IMG/VR virus record: IMGVR_UViG_3300002989_000008
Span: 1 to 36,997 of that record
Reading direction: 5' to 3' (one strand)
DNA: 36,997 nt
Source: a virus
Taxonomy: Duplodnaviria; Caudoviricetes
Within the stretch, counting starts at the first letter, position 1. Each line of letters begins with the position of its first letter. A program made the translations under genes and the position numbers. Positions 1 to 10,705 of this stretch are shown here, one piece after another. Below the pieces are notes generated by a model. It did no database searches. It saw nothing but the letters and a program-made list of their open reading frames with translations, and was not told where the DNA came from.

Positions 1-161
1 GCTGCCGGTGTGGCGGGTGGCGATGATGGTATAATGCAACTTGCATTAATGTTCGTAGGCGCTTCGCCAATGTTGTTTTCGAAGTTGAAGTTGACTGTTA
101 CTCCCATGATCAACCCTACCCTTGTAGTGATCATCCTTTTTCTTTCTGAAATTAGCTCCAT
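1..161 (-). CDS. Partial hypothetical protein (MELISERKRMITTRVGLIMGVTVNFNFENNIGEAPTNINASC...), runs off the window
   Basis: ATG at 161 after an AT-rich leader; frame open to position 1; translated by hand. Confidence 0.6.
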   Translation of the reverse strand, partial: MELISERKRMITTRVGLIMGVTVNFNFENNIGEAPTNINASCIIPSSPPATPA

Positions 162-207
162 GATTTTAAAATATTAATAATGAATTTATTTTTAAATAGT
201 TAATTAT

Positions 208-1239
208 TTAATTTAATGGCCTGTATATTACATTGTTTCTTATGCTTAGTGTAAATGTTTGGGCTACTGTAATCATTCCGGATTGTGAGGCTGTGATATG
301 CACACTAAAATCACCCGAATTTGGGATGCCTCCAATGGTCGTAAGTGTTACAGCAATGTAATTACCATAAACATTTACTATCGTGCCATTAGTTGCGGTC
401 CATTCGCTATATGTATAATTATATCCGGCAGGATCGATCGCAGCAATCGATATCCATTTTTTAGATCCATCCCAAGTTAAACTTGCAGTAAAATTGCAGT
501 ATAAAGTGGGAGATACTGCGGCTAAAAAAACCTCATAATCTTTATTGTCTTGAGGGTCTTCGATTAATTTACCGTAAAAATGACCATCTCCATAACCAGT
601 TAATGCAATCGCGCCAACCATCGAGCCTGTGACTCCGCTTGTATAATAGGTCTTAATATTAACGTTCGCGATCTCAGCGTTTCCTGTGTTCGCCTCGAAA
701 ACAGCCGTAGCGTAATTCGTTGAGTTTATATTAACGGCCGACCAGATCACCTGTCCATTATAGGTAAATTTCACGACTGCACCTTCCCACGCCTGTTCTC
801 CTACATCGGGCATCCTTTCTCCTTTTGCCACAGTCGCGTGAATGGTAAAGGGGAATAAACCAGAAACACTGTCGTATGATTTACCCGTACTTGCTGTAAC
901 CCCTAATAAATAGGATGGAGGCATAGCAAGGTGATTGTATCCTAAAAAATTAGCCATATCAAAGGGAACTTTTAGGATGAAGTAACCCTCTCCGAGTGGG
1001 TTCTGCGTTCGTTGATAAGGGCCGTAATAACTCCACTTGTTTACTTTTAGGCTTGAACATATCGTTCCTAAGTCATTGCTTCCTTCGCCTATAATGTCCC
1101 GAATTTCGGTGGGGATGTCGATGTTTGCACAATCAACATACCCGTCACCTATTGTCATATTATCTTGTGACGGGATAGAAGCGTTTGTCTTAATCGCGTA
1201 AGCAGACCATCCTGTTCTTTCAAATAATTTATATCCCAT
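208..1239 (-). CDS. Hypothetical tail-associated protein (343 aa)
   Basis: Long ORF abutting the tail-fibre stop (1-nt overlap); beta-rich G/T/S/N composition. Confidence 0.7.
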   Translation of the reverse strand: MGYKLFERTGWSAYAIKTNASIPSQDNMTIGDGYVDCANIDIPTEIRDIIGEGSNDLGTICSSLKVNKWSYYGPYQRTQNPLGEGYFILKVPFDMANFLGYNHLAMPPSYLLGVTASTGKSYDSVSGLFPFTIHATVAKGERMPDVGEQAWEGAVVKFTYNGQVIWSAVNINSTNYATAVFEANTGNAEIANVNIKTYYTSGVTGSMVGAIALTGYGDGHFYGKLIEDPQDNKDYEVFLAAVSPTLYCNFTASLTWDGSKKWISIAAIDPAGYNYTYSEWTATNGTIVNVYGNYIAVTLTTIGGIPNSGDFSVHITASQSGMITVAQTFTLSIRNNVIYRPLN

Positions 1240-4200
1240 TATGCTTGTCTTTTAAGTTCGTCAATTTGATTTTGTTGCTGTTTAATTGCTTCCACCAGGA
1301 GCGGTATCAGTTTGTCTGCTTTGTAGCCCATGAAATCAGAATTCCAAAGCTTTCCTGTAGCTTCCGGAAGGATCGCGTGAACATCCTGTGCGATTAATCC
1401 AATATCCCGGCGGTTGGCGTAGCCTCCGAGCGCCATCGCTTGATCGGTATAATTGAAAAAGTATCCGGTTAAGGATTTGATTTTTTCGATTGGGTTGATG
1501 ATGGACTCGAAGTCGGTTTTTAACCTGCGATCGGAAGCGGTATAGAACTGCATTGTACCATTTGCAATTACATTACCGGCAAAATATCCCGCGCCGTTAA
1601 CGGCAAATAAACTTACACCATTGGGATCTGAAGTATATCCTACAAGTAACTTCCCATCTGTTTGGATTCTCATTTTTTCAGAAGTGGTCATTCCTACACC
1701 AGTTCTATTCTCAAAAACTATATTACCACCGTAATTTCCATCATCTACGGTTCCTATTCTTGCGGAAATTACTCCGGTTGTCTTTGAATGATTCCAAGCA
1801 ATTGTATTTTTATTCCCCGTTCCGACTGGGGCTGATATTATAATAGCATCACCCGCATATTGTCTATATATTTCCAAAGGGGCTTCAGGAGTAATTGTTC
1901 CAAGCCCGATATTGCTTGCAAAATTAAATGCTCCACCACTATTTATTAGTTGAACGGTTCCAGTTCCATCGTGCCAAACTTGAAAATTCGAACCTGACCC
2001 CGTTCCTATAAACGATGCGCCTATTTTGTTGATATCCGTCCTTATAGTATTATAAGTTTGTAATAATCCAGATCCAGATAATCTCATGGTTTCGGTGTAT
2101 ACCCCACTACTTTCAAGCCTGCGCCCAAATGATATATTTCCATCAGTGCCATTAGAGGTTGAACAAAACATAGACATTTCGCGACTTGTGCCCGATAAAT
2201 CTACGCCGAACCCCATTTTAACACCACTACCGTCATATAAGTAAAATTTTTGTCCACCAGATGCTCCTAAATCTAAAAGTGCTTCAGGCGTTACATTCCC
2301 AACACCTATATAGCCATTACTTAGCACTGTAAATTTAGAATCTGCAAGAACTACGTTATTTGCATTATCCTCATTATTTAGAGCGATATGAAATTTACCT
2401 CTGGCAGAGCCTGATACACCCTCATATATTATTGCGCCTTTTTGGTAAAGAGTTGTTTGTGAAGCATCCCCAAACTGAATGCTTGCATGGTTTCCTATAG
2501 CCCCGGAGAAGTCAGCTTGTAACGATAAGATTGGACCATTTATTGCGAGAGCAATAGCGCGAACTGTTAATTTTGCATTAGGTGAAGTAGTGCCAATGCC
2601 TATGTAGCCATTATCGAAAATTAGGCTGTTCGAAAACGACGAACCATTCCACTTCGATAAATAATTAGTTGTTAATCCAATAATAGAGGGTTGGTAGCTC
2701 GTAGCATCATAGCTTACACCTGTACCATTCATTCTTACGATGCCTTGTCCATTGAGAGGTGGTTGTGCATTTGTAATTCCATAGCCTTCAACTGTTGTTG
2801 GGTGACTGCCAGAATACCAATAAGCAGTTGTATCATAGCTTACCCCTGTGCCATTCATTCTTACGATGCCCTGCCCATTTAGAGGCGGTTGCGCATTCGT
2901 AATTCCGTAACCTTCAAGTGTAGTTGGCCTTGCCGTTAATTCAGAAAATGAATAGGATGGTTTCACACCGGCTTTCGCCCAGGCGTAAACATCCGACGCT
3001 ACACGTGAATCGCTTAATCGTCCATCGCTTGTTAATACATAACTTCCGGTTGCTTGTTTGCCGTCAAGCGCTCCCTGTAATCCATTAACCTGCGAAATCG
3101 TGTGCATATGCACAGCAGGTGCCAGAACTGATTGATTGATCCGGGCAAAGTGCGTCCCGTTGTACATGATCAGGTCTCCATAGACGGAATTTTGTACATC
3201 ATCATCAACGTCCGATAATCCCCAAAGCGTTGTGGATCCACCACCACCGGTACCACCTGCCCCGGCACCAAAGAACTGGATCGTACCGTCGACAACTAAT
3301 TTACCCGTAATATGCATATCAGTTGATACAGTAACAGCTGCACCATCCCATCCAAACTTTTCCGTCCAGGTGGGTTTACTGGTTATTTCTCCCCAGCTGG
3401 GCACATATCCAATTGGTCTGTATAATCCTGCATGATTTCCCCAACCAAAGGCAGTACTCCAATTGACAATTCTCGCGTCGCTGTCTGATAGGTAAGGGTG
3501 GGAGTGAGGCGCTGAGTAATTTACACCGGCCACAAAATTAGCTGAGTAGTAAGGAGTATAACCCAATAAGGACTGTTTCCCATCGAGTGAACCTTGTAAT
3601 CCTGTTACCTGTGCGATCGTGTGTCCGTGACCGACTGTTGCGAAATTTGAGATATTGTATCTGGCAAAATGAGTCCCGTTATACATCGGAAGATCACCAT
3701 AAATTGAATTAACCATGTCATCAGCAACGTCGGTTAATTCCCAGAGTGCGGATGCTCCGCCACCACCGGTACCACCACCGGCACCTGAACCGAAGAATTG
3801 AATTGTTCCATCGACAACCAGCTTGCCGATTATGTGCATATCAGAAGAAACAACGGTAGCTGTTCCATCCCATCCCATTCTATTTACCCACTCAGGTTTA
3901 TTTGATATATCTGCCCATGCTGGAACCCATGCTATTGGCCGGTACTTTCCTGCGTGATCTCCCCAGTTATAGGCAGTGGTCCAATTGCCGATCCGTGCAT
4001 CCGAATCAGAAAGGTATGGGTGTGTGTGATTGGCGGCAGCATAGTTATTTGACAGCGTTAATACTCCCTCCGGACTAACAGAAAATAGATTAGATAAGGT
4101 TGAAAAGGGCTTTTCTGTGAGATCTCCCCACTTTGAAACGCCAACTCCACCGGATACTCCATTTACCTGGAGCTTTCCGTTCACAACTGAGATGGTAGTT

Positions 4201-5405
4201 CCATCAACGAGGCCGGGAAGTGCAGACCCCCAGAGTTGGGCCATGGATAGTTTTTGCCACGCCTGGGCAAAAGGGCTTTGAACAGCCATCAATAGGCCAT
4301 CAGAATACTGAGCTACCGGAAGCCCGGACAGTAACTCAGTTAAAAAAAAATCAACCGGCACCTCCAATGCTGGCAATGAATCAAATGATCTTTCAAGATT
4401 GAGTAACTGACTTTCGGAGGCCAACCTGTAATTAAATTCGTAATCAAACAAGTCATCAGCGGTTGATCCTACAATCTTCGAGCTCGCTAAAACGATTGAT
4501 CGTACTGCTCCATCTTCGCCAACCAGGTAACGACGCCCGGAATAGAAAAAGTCTTCTATCCACCGGCTTTCATCAACAGTCAAAAATCCGGTTGACTGTT
4601 TGATTTCGCGTTTCTTATCGGTTTGATATTCCTGCAGGGATTCGTCTCCCATTTCGGCAATCAAATGCTCCAGCTTTTTATCGTCTTCAGCACTACCTGT
4701 CAATGATATTGAATCAATACCTCCCATTGTATTCGCCCAGATAAATATTTTCTCTTCGTCATCCGAATTCCGGAGGCAATACCTCTGCACGTAACTTAAC
4801 CGGGTACCGGCAAGATCTTCGAACCATACCTCCCAGGCAATCGGATTTTTCTTTACAAATAGTGCATTGATCGAGGCCCAGCTCACATCAACGGCCAAAA
4901 GTTTATTGGCAGCGAGTGCGGTAAGCAGCATCGAGGCGTTTGTATTATCCTGGTAGTAGGCTTTTGCTTTGAGGTTGCGGGCTGCATTGGTATAAACGGT
5001 CAGCCATTCAGGTTGAATCTGCAGTATCTGTTTGTCCTGGATCTGCCAGGTAAGGAAATGCTCATTTACAAAATCACCTGCCATCGATCCAAGTTCCAGC
5101 ACACCACCTTTGATTACGCGGAAAGCAACGGCGGTACCGTCAATTGTCGCGGTGAAATCAGCAAATCCGGAAGACTGTTCGGTGATCAGGTTTGTTCCTG
5201 GTAACGTAACCGACAATACTTTGTCAATTACAGTTCGGAGGTCAATTTCTACAATGCTTCCTGCGCTTGGCTGATATATCTCATTCAAAATCTGTTCAGC
5301 TCCCTTGTTCAGCTGAAGCGCGACAGCCACAGCGGAGGTGACAACAAACTTTTTGAGGTTCCCTGCAAAAGAAAGCGAATCGGGTTGTTGAACAATTACA
5401 CTCAT
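1239..5405 (-). CDS. Tail fibre/structural protein with C-terminal peptidase S74-type intramolecular chaperone
   Basis: C-terminal SDRRLK...IGLIAQDV...LIPLLVEAIKQQQNQIDELK; GYIGIGTTSP-type repeats; HTH/HSH fibre motifs; position after tape measure and tail protein. Confidence 0.88.
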   Translation of the reverse strand: MSVIVQQPDSLSFAGNLKKFVVTSAVAVALQLNKGAEQILNEIYQPSAGSIVEIDLRTVIDKVLSVTLPGTNLITEQSSGFADFTATIDGTAVAFRVIKGGVLELGSMAGDFVNEHFLTWQIQDKQILQIQPEWLTVYTNAARNLKAKAYYQDNTNASMLLTALAANKLLAVDVSWASINALFVKKNPIAWEVWFEDLAGTRLSYVQRYCLRNSDDEEKIFIWANTMGGIDSISLTGSAEDDKKLEHLIAEMGDESLQEYQTDKKREIKQSTGFLTVDESRWIEDFFYSGRRYLVGEDGAVRSIVLASSKIVGSTADDLFDYEFNYRLASESQLLNLERSFDSLPALEVPVDFFLTELLSGLPVAQYSDGLLMAVQSPFAQAWQKLSMAQLWGSALPGLVDGTTISVVNGKLQVNGVSGGVGVSKWGDLTEKPFSTLSNLFSVSPEGVLTLSNNYAAANHTHPYLSDSDARIGNWTTAYNWGDHAGKYRPIAWVPAWADISNKPEWVNRMGWDGTATVVSSDMHIIGKLVVDGTIQFFGSGAGGGTGGGGASALWELTDVADDMVNSIYGDLPMYNGTHFARYNISNFATVGHGHTIAQVTGLQGSLDGKQSLLGYTPYYSANFVAGVNYSAPHSHPYLSDSDARIVNWSTAFGWGNHAGLYRPIGYVPSWGEITSKPTWTEKFGWDGAAVTVSTDMHITGKLVVDGTIQFFGAGAGGTGGGGSTTLWGLSDVDDDVQNSVYGDLIMYNGTHFARINQSVLAPAVHMHTISQVNGLQGALDGKQATGSYVLTSDGRLSDSRVASDVYAWAKAGVKPSYSFSELTARPTTLEGYGITNAQPPLNGQGIVRMNGTGVSYDTTAYWYSGSHPTTVEGYGITNAQPPLNGQGIVRMNGTGVSYDATSYQPSIIGLTTNYLSKWNGSSFSNSLIFDNGYIGIGTTSPNAKLTVRAIALAINGPILSLQADFSGAIGNHASIQFGDASQTTLYQKGAIIYEGVSGSARGKFHIALNNEDNANNVVLADSKFTVLSNGYIGVGNVTPEALLDLGASGGQKFYLYDGSGVKMGFGVDLSGTSREMSMFCSTSNGTDGNISFGRRLESSGVYTETMRLSGSGLLQTYNTIRTDINKIGASFIGTGSGSNFQVWHDGTGTVQLINSGGAFNFASNIGLGTITPEAPLEIYRQYAGDAIIISAPVGTGNKNTIAWNHSKTTGVISARIGTVDDGNYGGNIVFENRTGVGMTTSEKMRIQTDGKLLVGYTSDPNGVSLFAVNGAGYFAGNVIANGTMQFYTASDRRLKTDFESIINPIEKIKSLTGYFFNYTDQAMALGGYANRRDIGLIAQDVHAILPEATGKLWNSDFMGYKADKLIPLLVEAIKQQQNQIDELKRQA
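2708..2923. repeat. Tandem 126-nt (42-aa) coding repeat in the tail fibre (TTxEGYGITNAQPPLNGQGIVRMNGTGVSYD x2)
   Basis: Near-identical copies at ~2708-2797 and ~2834-2923; differences mostly synonymous. Confidence 0.9.
3055..4030. repeat. Tandem ~520-nt (~174-aa) coding duplication in the tail fibre (HxHPYLSDSDARI...LDGKQ x2)
   Basis: Visible in the protein; anchors AGGTA at 3490 and 4012. Confidence 0.88.
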
Positions 5406-5420
5406 TTATTTGATTTTTCT

Positions 5421-5455
5421 GCAAGGTAGCGCGATGGGGCAGTGTATTAAAGGAC
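5421..5455 (-). promoter_or_regulatory. Candidate phage late promoter GTCCTTTAA-N18-TACCTTGC for the tail-fibre gene
   Basis: Same bipartite motif and spacing recur at 15182-15216 and 25678-25712, each directly upstream of a structural operon. Confidence 0.7.
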
Positions 5456-5497
5456 AATTTCTGAATCAGGATTTGCAGGATTGAAGGATTTACAGGA

Positions 5498-7249
5498 TTA
5501 TACAGTGTAAAGATCCGCTTCAACGGGTGATATGCCGTTTTTACCAATATCGAATTTCAGAGAGTTGACCAAGTAGTTTACAGAACTGATATTCTGAATT
5601 TCGCCCCAGTTAAAGTTGGCGTAATCAAGAACCGATAGGATGAAGGATTGACGCTTCTGTTTGCGCCGCATGATCCAGTCCTGTTCGTCTCTTACCAGTT
5701 GCTCAATGATGCTTTTCGCTCCGTATGTCCGCATACTGAGCGCTCCTTTTTCGGTTTCGTCACGTCCGTAGGCATCGGAAGAGATAACCGGAGTGTCAAC
5801 AAATACACGGTTGTCAGCCGGGCAGAAATGTGATTTCATTCCCCAGTTGAAAAGGAAAACAAGCGGCGGTTCCTCGTATTTTCCGGCTGCTGATCCAAAA
5901 ATGAACGTTGAATTTATCTTTTGATCAATCGTTGGCATTTCGATATCGATATTCCATGTTTTTGTAATTGAAATTGGATTGCCATTGTTAGGGATAACCT
6001 GTGTTTTCGTCACGCTGTTCGTTTCCCACCGCTGACCAATTACGGTAATGTTAATCTCAACCTTTTCCTCGCCGGCGCCAGATGTTATTTCCCGGCATAG
6101 TCCGGTTTCCTGCCATAACCAGACATCCGGATCGGTATCATCCGCTTTTTTCTGTAGGACAGTACAATAGTGTTTTCCGGTTGATGCTGTTTTATAGATG
6201 ATTCCGGATGAATAAACACCAGAAGGAGCAGGTAAAGCAGCAAAGTTAGCAACCGGTTGAATCGCTGCATCGTCAGCAATTGTTTGAGTAATAAAATCGT
6301 CACCTCCATCTTTATAGCCAATTACATACCCATCTTTAGGTGTTGTCATCACCGGGATTTCTACCAGCGCCTTTTTATTGAGCAGGTTACTTACCGGCGC
6401 CGACCTGATGATATCCCTGACCAATTTTATCGACGCGGTTCCCCTTCTTTCGTCAACAATTACAGCAATACCGAACTGCCGGAGCGTCTTCAAAAAGTCG
6501 CGCACAACAATCTGTGGCATTGCATACCTGTAAACTTTTGAACCTCCCAGAAAATTAAGCGACAGCAAAAACCAACGGTTAAGGTCCGGCATTGTATCCA
6601 CATCGTCAACGGTGAGGGTGTACCCGAATATTTCAATGATCCGTTTTAAAAGATACCGGACATAGAAACTGTAAGTAACAACGGGTGATTTGCCTTCGCT
6701 GTTAAAATCGGCCATCATGCCGGTTCCCGGATCGTATTTATTGATGTAGTTTGGGCTGTTGTTATACGATTCGCGGGGCGTGAGCTCCGAAGCGTTATAA
6801 AAAGGAGCACAAACATAGGGATAGTTTGGGTAACAGACAGAAAGCGCATAGGCCCGTCGTGCCAGATCCTCATCCCAACCGACCTGACCTGGATCGCCTC
6901 CCCAGTCGAGATCCTGCATCTTTTTTGTTTCGGACATCTTTACGAAGGATGTCTGAGCACTTCGCAACACGATTGGAAAAGCATTATCTATCACATCACC
7001 TTCAGCAATTGCCTCTCCACGCAAGAGCTCCACGCCATCAACTAGCAATACTGCATCCCAGATAAACGTGCGGGTTACGTTCTGAATACGTGCAGCATGT
7101 TTAAGTATTCCCTGGTTCGGGATATATGGAATTGTGAAGGGATACGAAAAAGCTCCGATTTCATTAAAATACGGGTTGTTTGCGGTAACTCCGATCTTTG
7201 TGTCAGGGAACAGCGCCACTGGTTGTCCGTTTAAGGTTAATTTTATCAT
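5498..7249 (-). CDS. Minor tail protein (tail tip/hub-like, 583 aa)
   Basis: Directly follows the tape measure (ATGA overlap); N-terminus ...NPYFNEIGAFSYPFTIP resembles Bacteroidota prophage tail proteins. Confidence 0.7.
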   Translation of the reverse strand: MIKLTLNGQPVALFPDTKIGVTANNPYFNEIGAFSYPFTIPYIPNQGILKHAARIQNVTRTFIWDAVLLVDGVELLRGEAIAEGDVIDNAFPIVLRSAQTSFVKMSETKKMQDLDWGGDPGQVGWDEDLARRAYALSVCYPNYPYVCAPFYNASELTPRESYNNSPNYINKYDPGTGMMADFNSEGKSPVVTYSFYVRYLLKRIIEIFGYTLTVDDVDTMPDLNRWFLLSLNFLGGSKVYRYAMPQIVVRDFLKTLRQFGIAVIVDERRGTASIKLVRDIIRSAPVSNLLNKKALVEIPVMTTPKDGYVIGYKDGGDDFITQTIADDAAIQPVANFAALPAPSGVYSSGIIYKTASTGKHYCTVLQKKADDTDPDVWLWQETGLCREITSGAGEEKVEINITVIGQRWETNSVTKTQVIPNNGNPISITKTWNIDIEMPTIDQKINSTFIFGSAAGKYEEPPLVFLFNWGMKSHFCPADNRVFVDTPVISSDAYGRDETEKGALSMRTYGAKSIIEQLVRDEQDWIMRRKQKRQSFILSVLDYANFNWGEIQNISSVNYLVNSLKFDIGKNGISPVEADLYTV

Positions 7250-10200
7250 TTCGTCAATGCGTTGAATTTGTTGATATCAGAGATTGATTCGTCGATGCCT
7301 CCGTGACCGAATTTGTTGATGGATGCTTTGATGCCGTTTATCCTTAATAGCCGAAGTTCTTCCGCTAATGATTTATTGATTGCTTTCATTTCAGGATCGC
7401 TACTAATCATTGTCATTGGTGATGATTGTGAAGCTGGAGACGCGTAACCCCCGGACTGTCTTCCGGACTGGCCAAGCATCGCAGGAAGGTTTAAACTGCG
7501 AATTGTTCCGGAGCGCTGTGCAATGTCGATGATATCAAGAACCGGTTTAATAGTTGGATTCCGCACTGCAGGCCCTGAAGCAATAAACTCATTTGCATGA
7601 TATACACCCACAGGCGTAGCATCATTTGAATCACTGTCTGCATATCCTCCTGATTGTTTGCCTTTCCCTCCTCCAAGAACCAATGCTTTTGCTGTACCAA
7701 ATGCAGCCTTTAGCAGAACAATCTTTGCCATTGCGGTCGCCATACCAATAAAGCCTTTTGTTGCAACATCTTTAATAGTTGTTTCAGCTATGCTTAGTAT
7801 CAGCATTTTTTCAAGCGCGTCGAGCGCCATCACTAAAGTATTTCGAAGAAATTGACCAAAGTCCTGTTCCTGACTCATTAATGTATCAGCAAATGAGTCT
7901 CCAACACTCCCGGCAAGATCGAGGTATGATTTTGCGCGGTTTTCATTGATTTCTTTTTCTTCTTTTTCAAGTTCTTTTAAGGCAGCAAGCGAATCGTCAA
8001 CTGATTTTATAGTTTCTTCGATTTGACTTACAACAGTTTCCTGTTGCTTTTTTGCTTGCTCATCATACTGTTTTGCAATATCATCTATAACGTTATAAGC
8101 GTCCTCTTGAATTTTAATTCTTGCCTCGGAAATCTGAATTTCTACTTCAGTTGTGTCTTTTCCCTGGGATTTCAGAAGTTCTTTTTGCGCCGAGAGATAA
8201 GCTATTTCGGCAATATTCATTTTAACCTGGTACTTTTCTTTGGTCCAACCTTCATTTTGGTAGCTGGTTTTAATTATCAGAAGACGATCTTCGTAAGCAG
8301 CTTTTAATTCATCGTTGGCAGTTTTACTTAACTCTTTTTCAGTTTTTTTTGCTTCTTTTTCTGCTTTTTCTCTTGCCTTTTTCTCATCATCGGTTTCACC
8401 GCCACCACCTCCACTGCCATTTCCTCCACCGCTTCCCGAAGGGGAACTGGTTGTGATGACGGATGCGGAATTAACCAAGGAATCAATCTTGTCCTGGTAA
8501 ACTTTGGCCTCTAATTTTTTTATTGGTAATTGTTGGGCGATATTTTCTTTTTTCGTAGTTGCCTTCACATCTGCCCAGGACATTGTTGGATGTTTTAATA
8601 TGCCCAGTGCGTTCTGTCCAAAGCCAGGATCAACATCACCGGACTCCAGCTTTCCAATCTCTTTATTGACTTCTTTTAAATTTTCGGTAGCAGCCTCCAA
8701 TTCGGCTTTTCTCAAAAGACTGGCAATGTACTGATCGGTTGCGAGTGTGGCTGCTTTGGTATTGATCGTTTCGAGACTCAGACCACCAAGATATTCAGGA
8801 GACAGTTTATTCAATTTTTCAATAGCTGTCATTCTGGTTTCCTTTGATAACAGCTCGTTTTGTGCCACCCTTAATAGCTGTTCCATTTCTACCCTTTCGT
8901 CACTGATGCTTTGCTTTGCCTTTTGACCAATATCATTCAAAGCTTTTTGAGCAATCTCAGCAGCGGTCATTTCACGGGTATACAGGTACAGTGCGGCTCC
9001 GGCAGCAACTAAAAAGCCGACAATTAAACCGATAGGATTAAGTTTCTGTGCCAGGTTCCATGCATTCTGGGCGACGGTTGCCAGTGTGATTCTACCCGTT
9101 AGAACGTTTACAACATATGTGTATGCCGTTGTAACTGCCGTTTTTGCAACAAGAAAACCATAATGTATAGTGTCCCACATGGCTGCAATTTTAACAATAG
9201 CTGCATAAGCTGCTATAGTTGCCGTTACAGATACAATTACAGCTCCGTATTTTGTAAAGAAATTGACAAGAACAATTGTGACAGATAACATCTTACCATA
9301 CCACCCCGTAATAGTAGCCATTACCGGCGCCAATTTTTCACCAAGTTCAATTGATATAATATTGATCCGGTTCTTTGCCTGGGCCAGCCTTGCATTATTA
9401 TTATCTGTATTGGTGGCAGCCTGTACCATTGCGACGTTGGTGCCGGTAACTGCAGTTGTTAGTTTGTCGTATTTCTCAACATTTTGAAGCAGAACAGATC
9501 CAACAGTAATATTCTCAATTCCGAATACTTTTTGCTTGAGTGCATCCTTTTCTGATGCCAATGTCTTTTTCTCTAATTGAGCATTAACCTCAATCAGAGC
9601 ATCTCTAATATTGAATTGTCCACTGACATAACCAACTCCGGCATCCTTCATTTTTAGTAATGCACCGCGAAGTTTGGTTCCAGCTTCAGCTCCTTTTAAT
9701 TGCTTTTCTCCAAGAACCTCCAATGCTGCAACTGTTTGCTCAAGACTCATATTTGAATCTGCTGCTACGGTACCAACATTCTTTAATGATTCAGTAAGGT
9801 CTGCGACTTCAGCGCTTCCCTCCAGTGAACCGGCAGCAATTGCATTGATGATCCGATCTGATTGTGATGCATCCAGGTTAAACTGATTCATTGCAGCTGC
9901 AACGGCGTCAATAGCCGGTACCATCTCTATTTTTGATGCTTCAGCAAGTATTAGCGCTTTCTCAGTTACCTGGGCAAGGGCCTCTTTATTTTTCAATAGT
10001 TCCGGTCGTGCGGATCCCATCTTAGTGAATCCATCAACAATATCCTGGGCACCCTTTTTAATTTTAATTCCCCCATCAAGTGTAGCTATGCTCAGATCTT
10101 TCGCTTTCTGTGTAAGCCAGTCGAGTGCACCACCTTTCAATCCGGTTAATGCCGACAGGTTTGAAACACGCTCCTGGAAGTCGTTGAAGCTTTGCACTAC

Positions 10201-10704
10201 CTGCTTAAATCCCAGAGCAAGTCCGGTGAACGAGGCAATGACGGCCATTACCACACCTAGATATCTATTGAAACCATCAGCTAAGCCACTTAAAGACCAT
10301 GATTTACTTGTCGTTTTTGTTTCTGCATTGATATCTGCCAGTGCGGTTTTTACCTTTTTTAATTCTTCACACTTTTTTAAGTACTCTTCAGTACCGCGTG
10401 TCATTCCCTTCAGCTGATTTGTGATGGTGCTCTGCGCCTTCTGGAGATCACGCCAGCTTATGTTATTGATATTCTTCAGCACGCGTTCAACATCAAAGGT
10501 TTCTCTTTTCAGACTTCGTTGCGTTGCTTCGATCGTCGAAAGTTCCTTTTTCAGCTTGTCAAACTTAACATTGTCGCCCGCCTGAAGGGCACTCGTTAGA
10601 TCTTTTTTAAGTTCTTTAGCTTTTTGATCCAATGCCTCCAAAGCCGCTTCTGCCTGTTTTCCATCCAGGTATACTGTTGCCCTTGCGGTTTCATTTTGTG
10701 CCAT
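7246..10704 (-). CDS. Tail tape measure protein (TP901-like core)
   Basis: 1152 aa; coiled-coil and Ala-rich; core motif GAEAGTKLRGAL; LNPIGLIV hydrophobic segment; C-terminal GVYHANEFI. Confidence 0.92.
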   Translation of the reverse strand: MAQNETARATVYLDGKQAEAALEALDQKAKELKKDLTSALQAGDNVKFDKLKKELSTIEATQRSLKRETFDVERVLKNINNISWRDLQKAQSTITNQLKGMTRGTEEYLKKCEELKKVKTALADINAETKTTSKSWSLSGLADGFNRYLGVVMAVIASFTGLALGFKQVVQSFNDFQERVSNLSALTGLKGGALDWLTQKAKDLSIATLDGGIKIKKGAQDIVDGFTKMGSARPELLKNKEALAQVTEKALILAEASKIEMVPAIDAVAAAMNQFNLDASQSDRIINAIAAGSLEGSAEVADLTESLKNVGTVAADSNMSLEQTVAALEVLGEKQLKGAEAGTKLRGALLKMKDAGVGYVSGQFNIRDALIEVNAQLEKKTLASEKDALKQKVFGIENITVGSVLLQNVEKYDKLTTAVTGTNVAMVQAATNTDNNNARLAQAKNRINIISIELGEKLAPVMATITGWYGKMLSVTIVLVNFFTKYGAVIVSVTATIAAYAAIVKIAAMWDTIHYGFLVAKTAVTTAYTYVVNVLTGRITLATVAQNAWNLAQKLNPIGLIVGFLVAAGAALYLYTREMTAAEIAQKALNDIGQKAKQSISDERVEMEQLLRVAQNELLSKETRMTAIEKLNKLSPEYLGGLSLETINTKAATLATDQYIASLLRKAELEAATENLKEVNKEIGKLESGDVDPGFGQNALGILKHPTMSWADVKATTKKENIAQQLPIKKLEAKVYQDKIDSLVNSASVITTSSPSGSGGGNGSGGGGGETDDEKKAREKAEKEAKKTEKELSKTANDELKAAYEDRLLIIKTSYQNEGWTKEKYQVKMNIAEIAYLSAQKELLKSQGKDTTEVEIQISEARIKIQEDAYNVIDDIAKQYDEQAKKQQETVVSQIEETIKSVDDSLAALKELEKEEKEINENRAKSYLDLAGSVGDSFADTLMSQEQDFGQFLRNTLVMALDALEKMLILSIAETTIKDVATKGFIGMATAMAKIVLLKAAFGTAKALVLGGGKGKQSGGYADSDSNDATPVGVYHANEFIASGPAVRNPTIKPVLDIIDIAQRSGTIRSLNLPAMLGQSGRQSGGYASPASQSSPMTMISSDPEMKAINKSLAEELRLLRINGIKASINKFGHGGIDESISDINKFNALTK

Positions 10705-10705
10705 A

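Noticed and set aside
2708-4030. Tail-fibre repeats as a DGR template/variable pair
   Set aside because: Both copies are in frame within one ORF, differences are largely synonymous rather than adenine-specific, and no reverse transcriptase is in the window
7658-10417. Several plus-strand ORFs opposite the tape measure gene
   Set aside because: Shadow frames with S/F/A bias typical of reverse-complemented coding DNA
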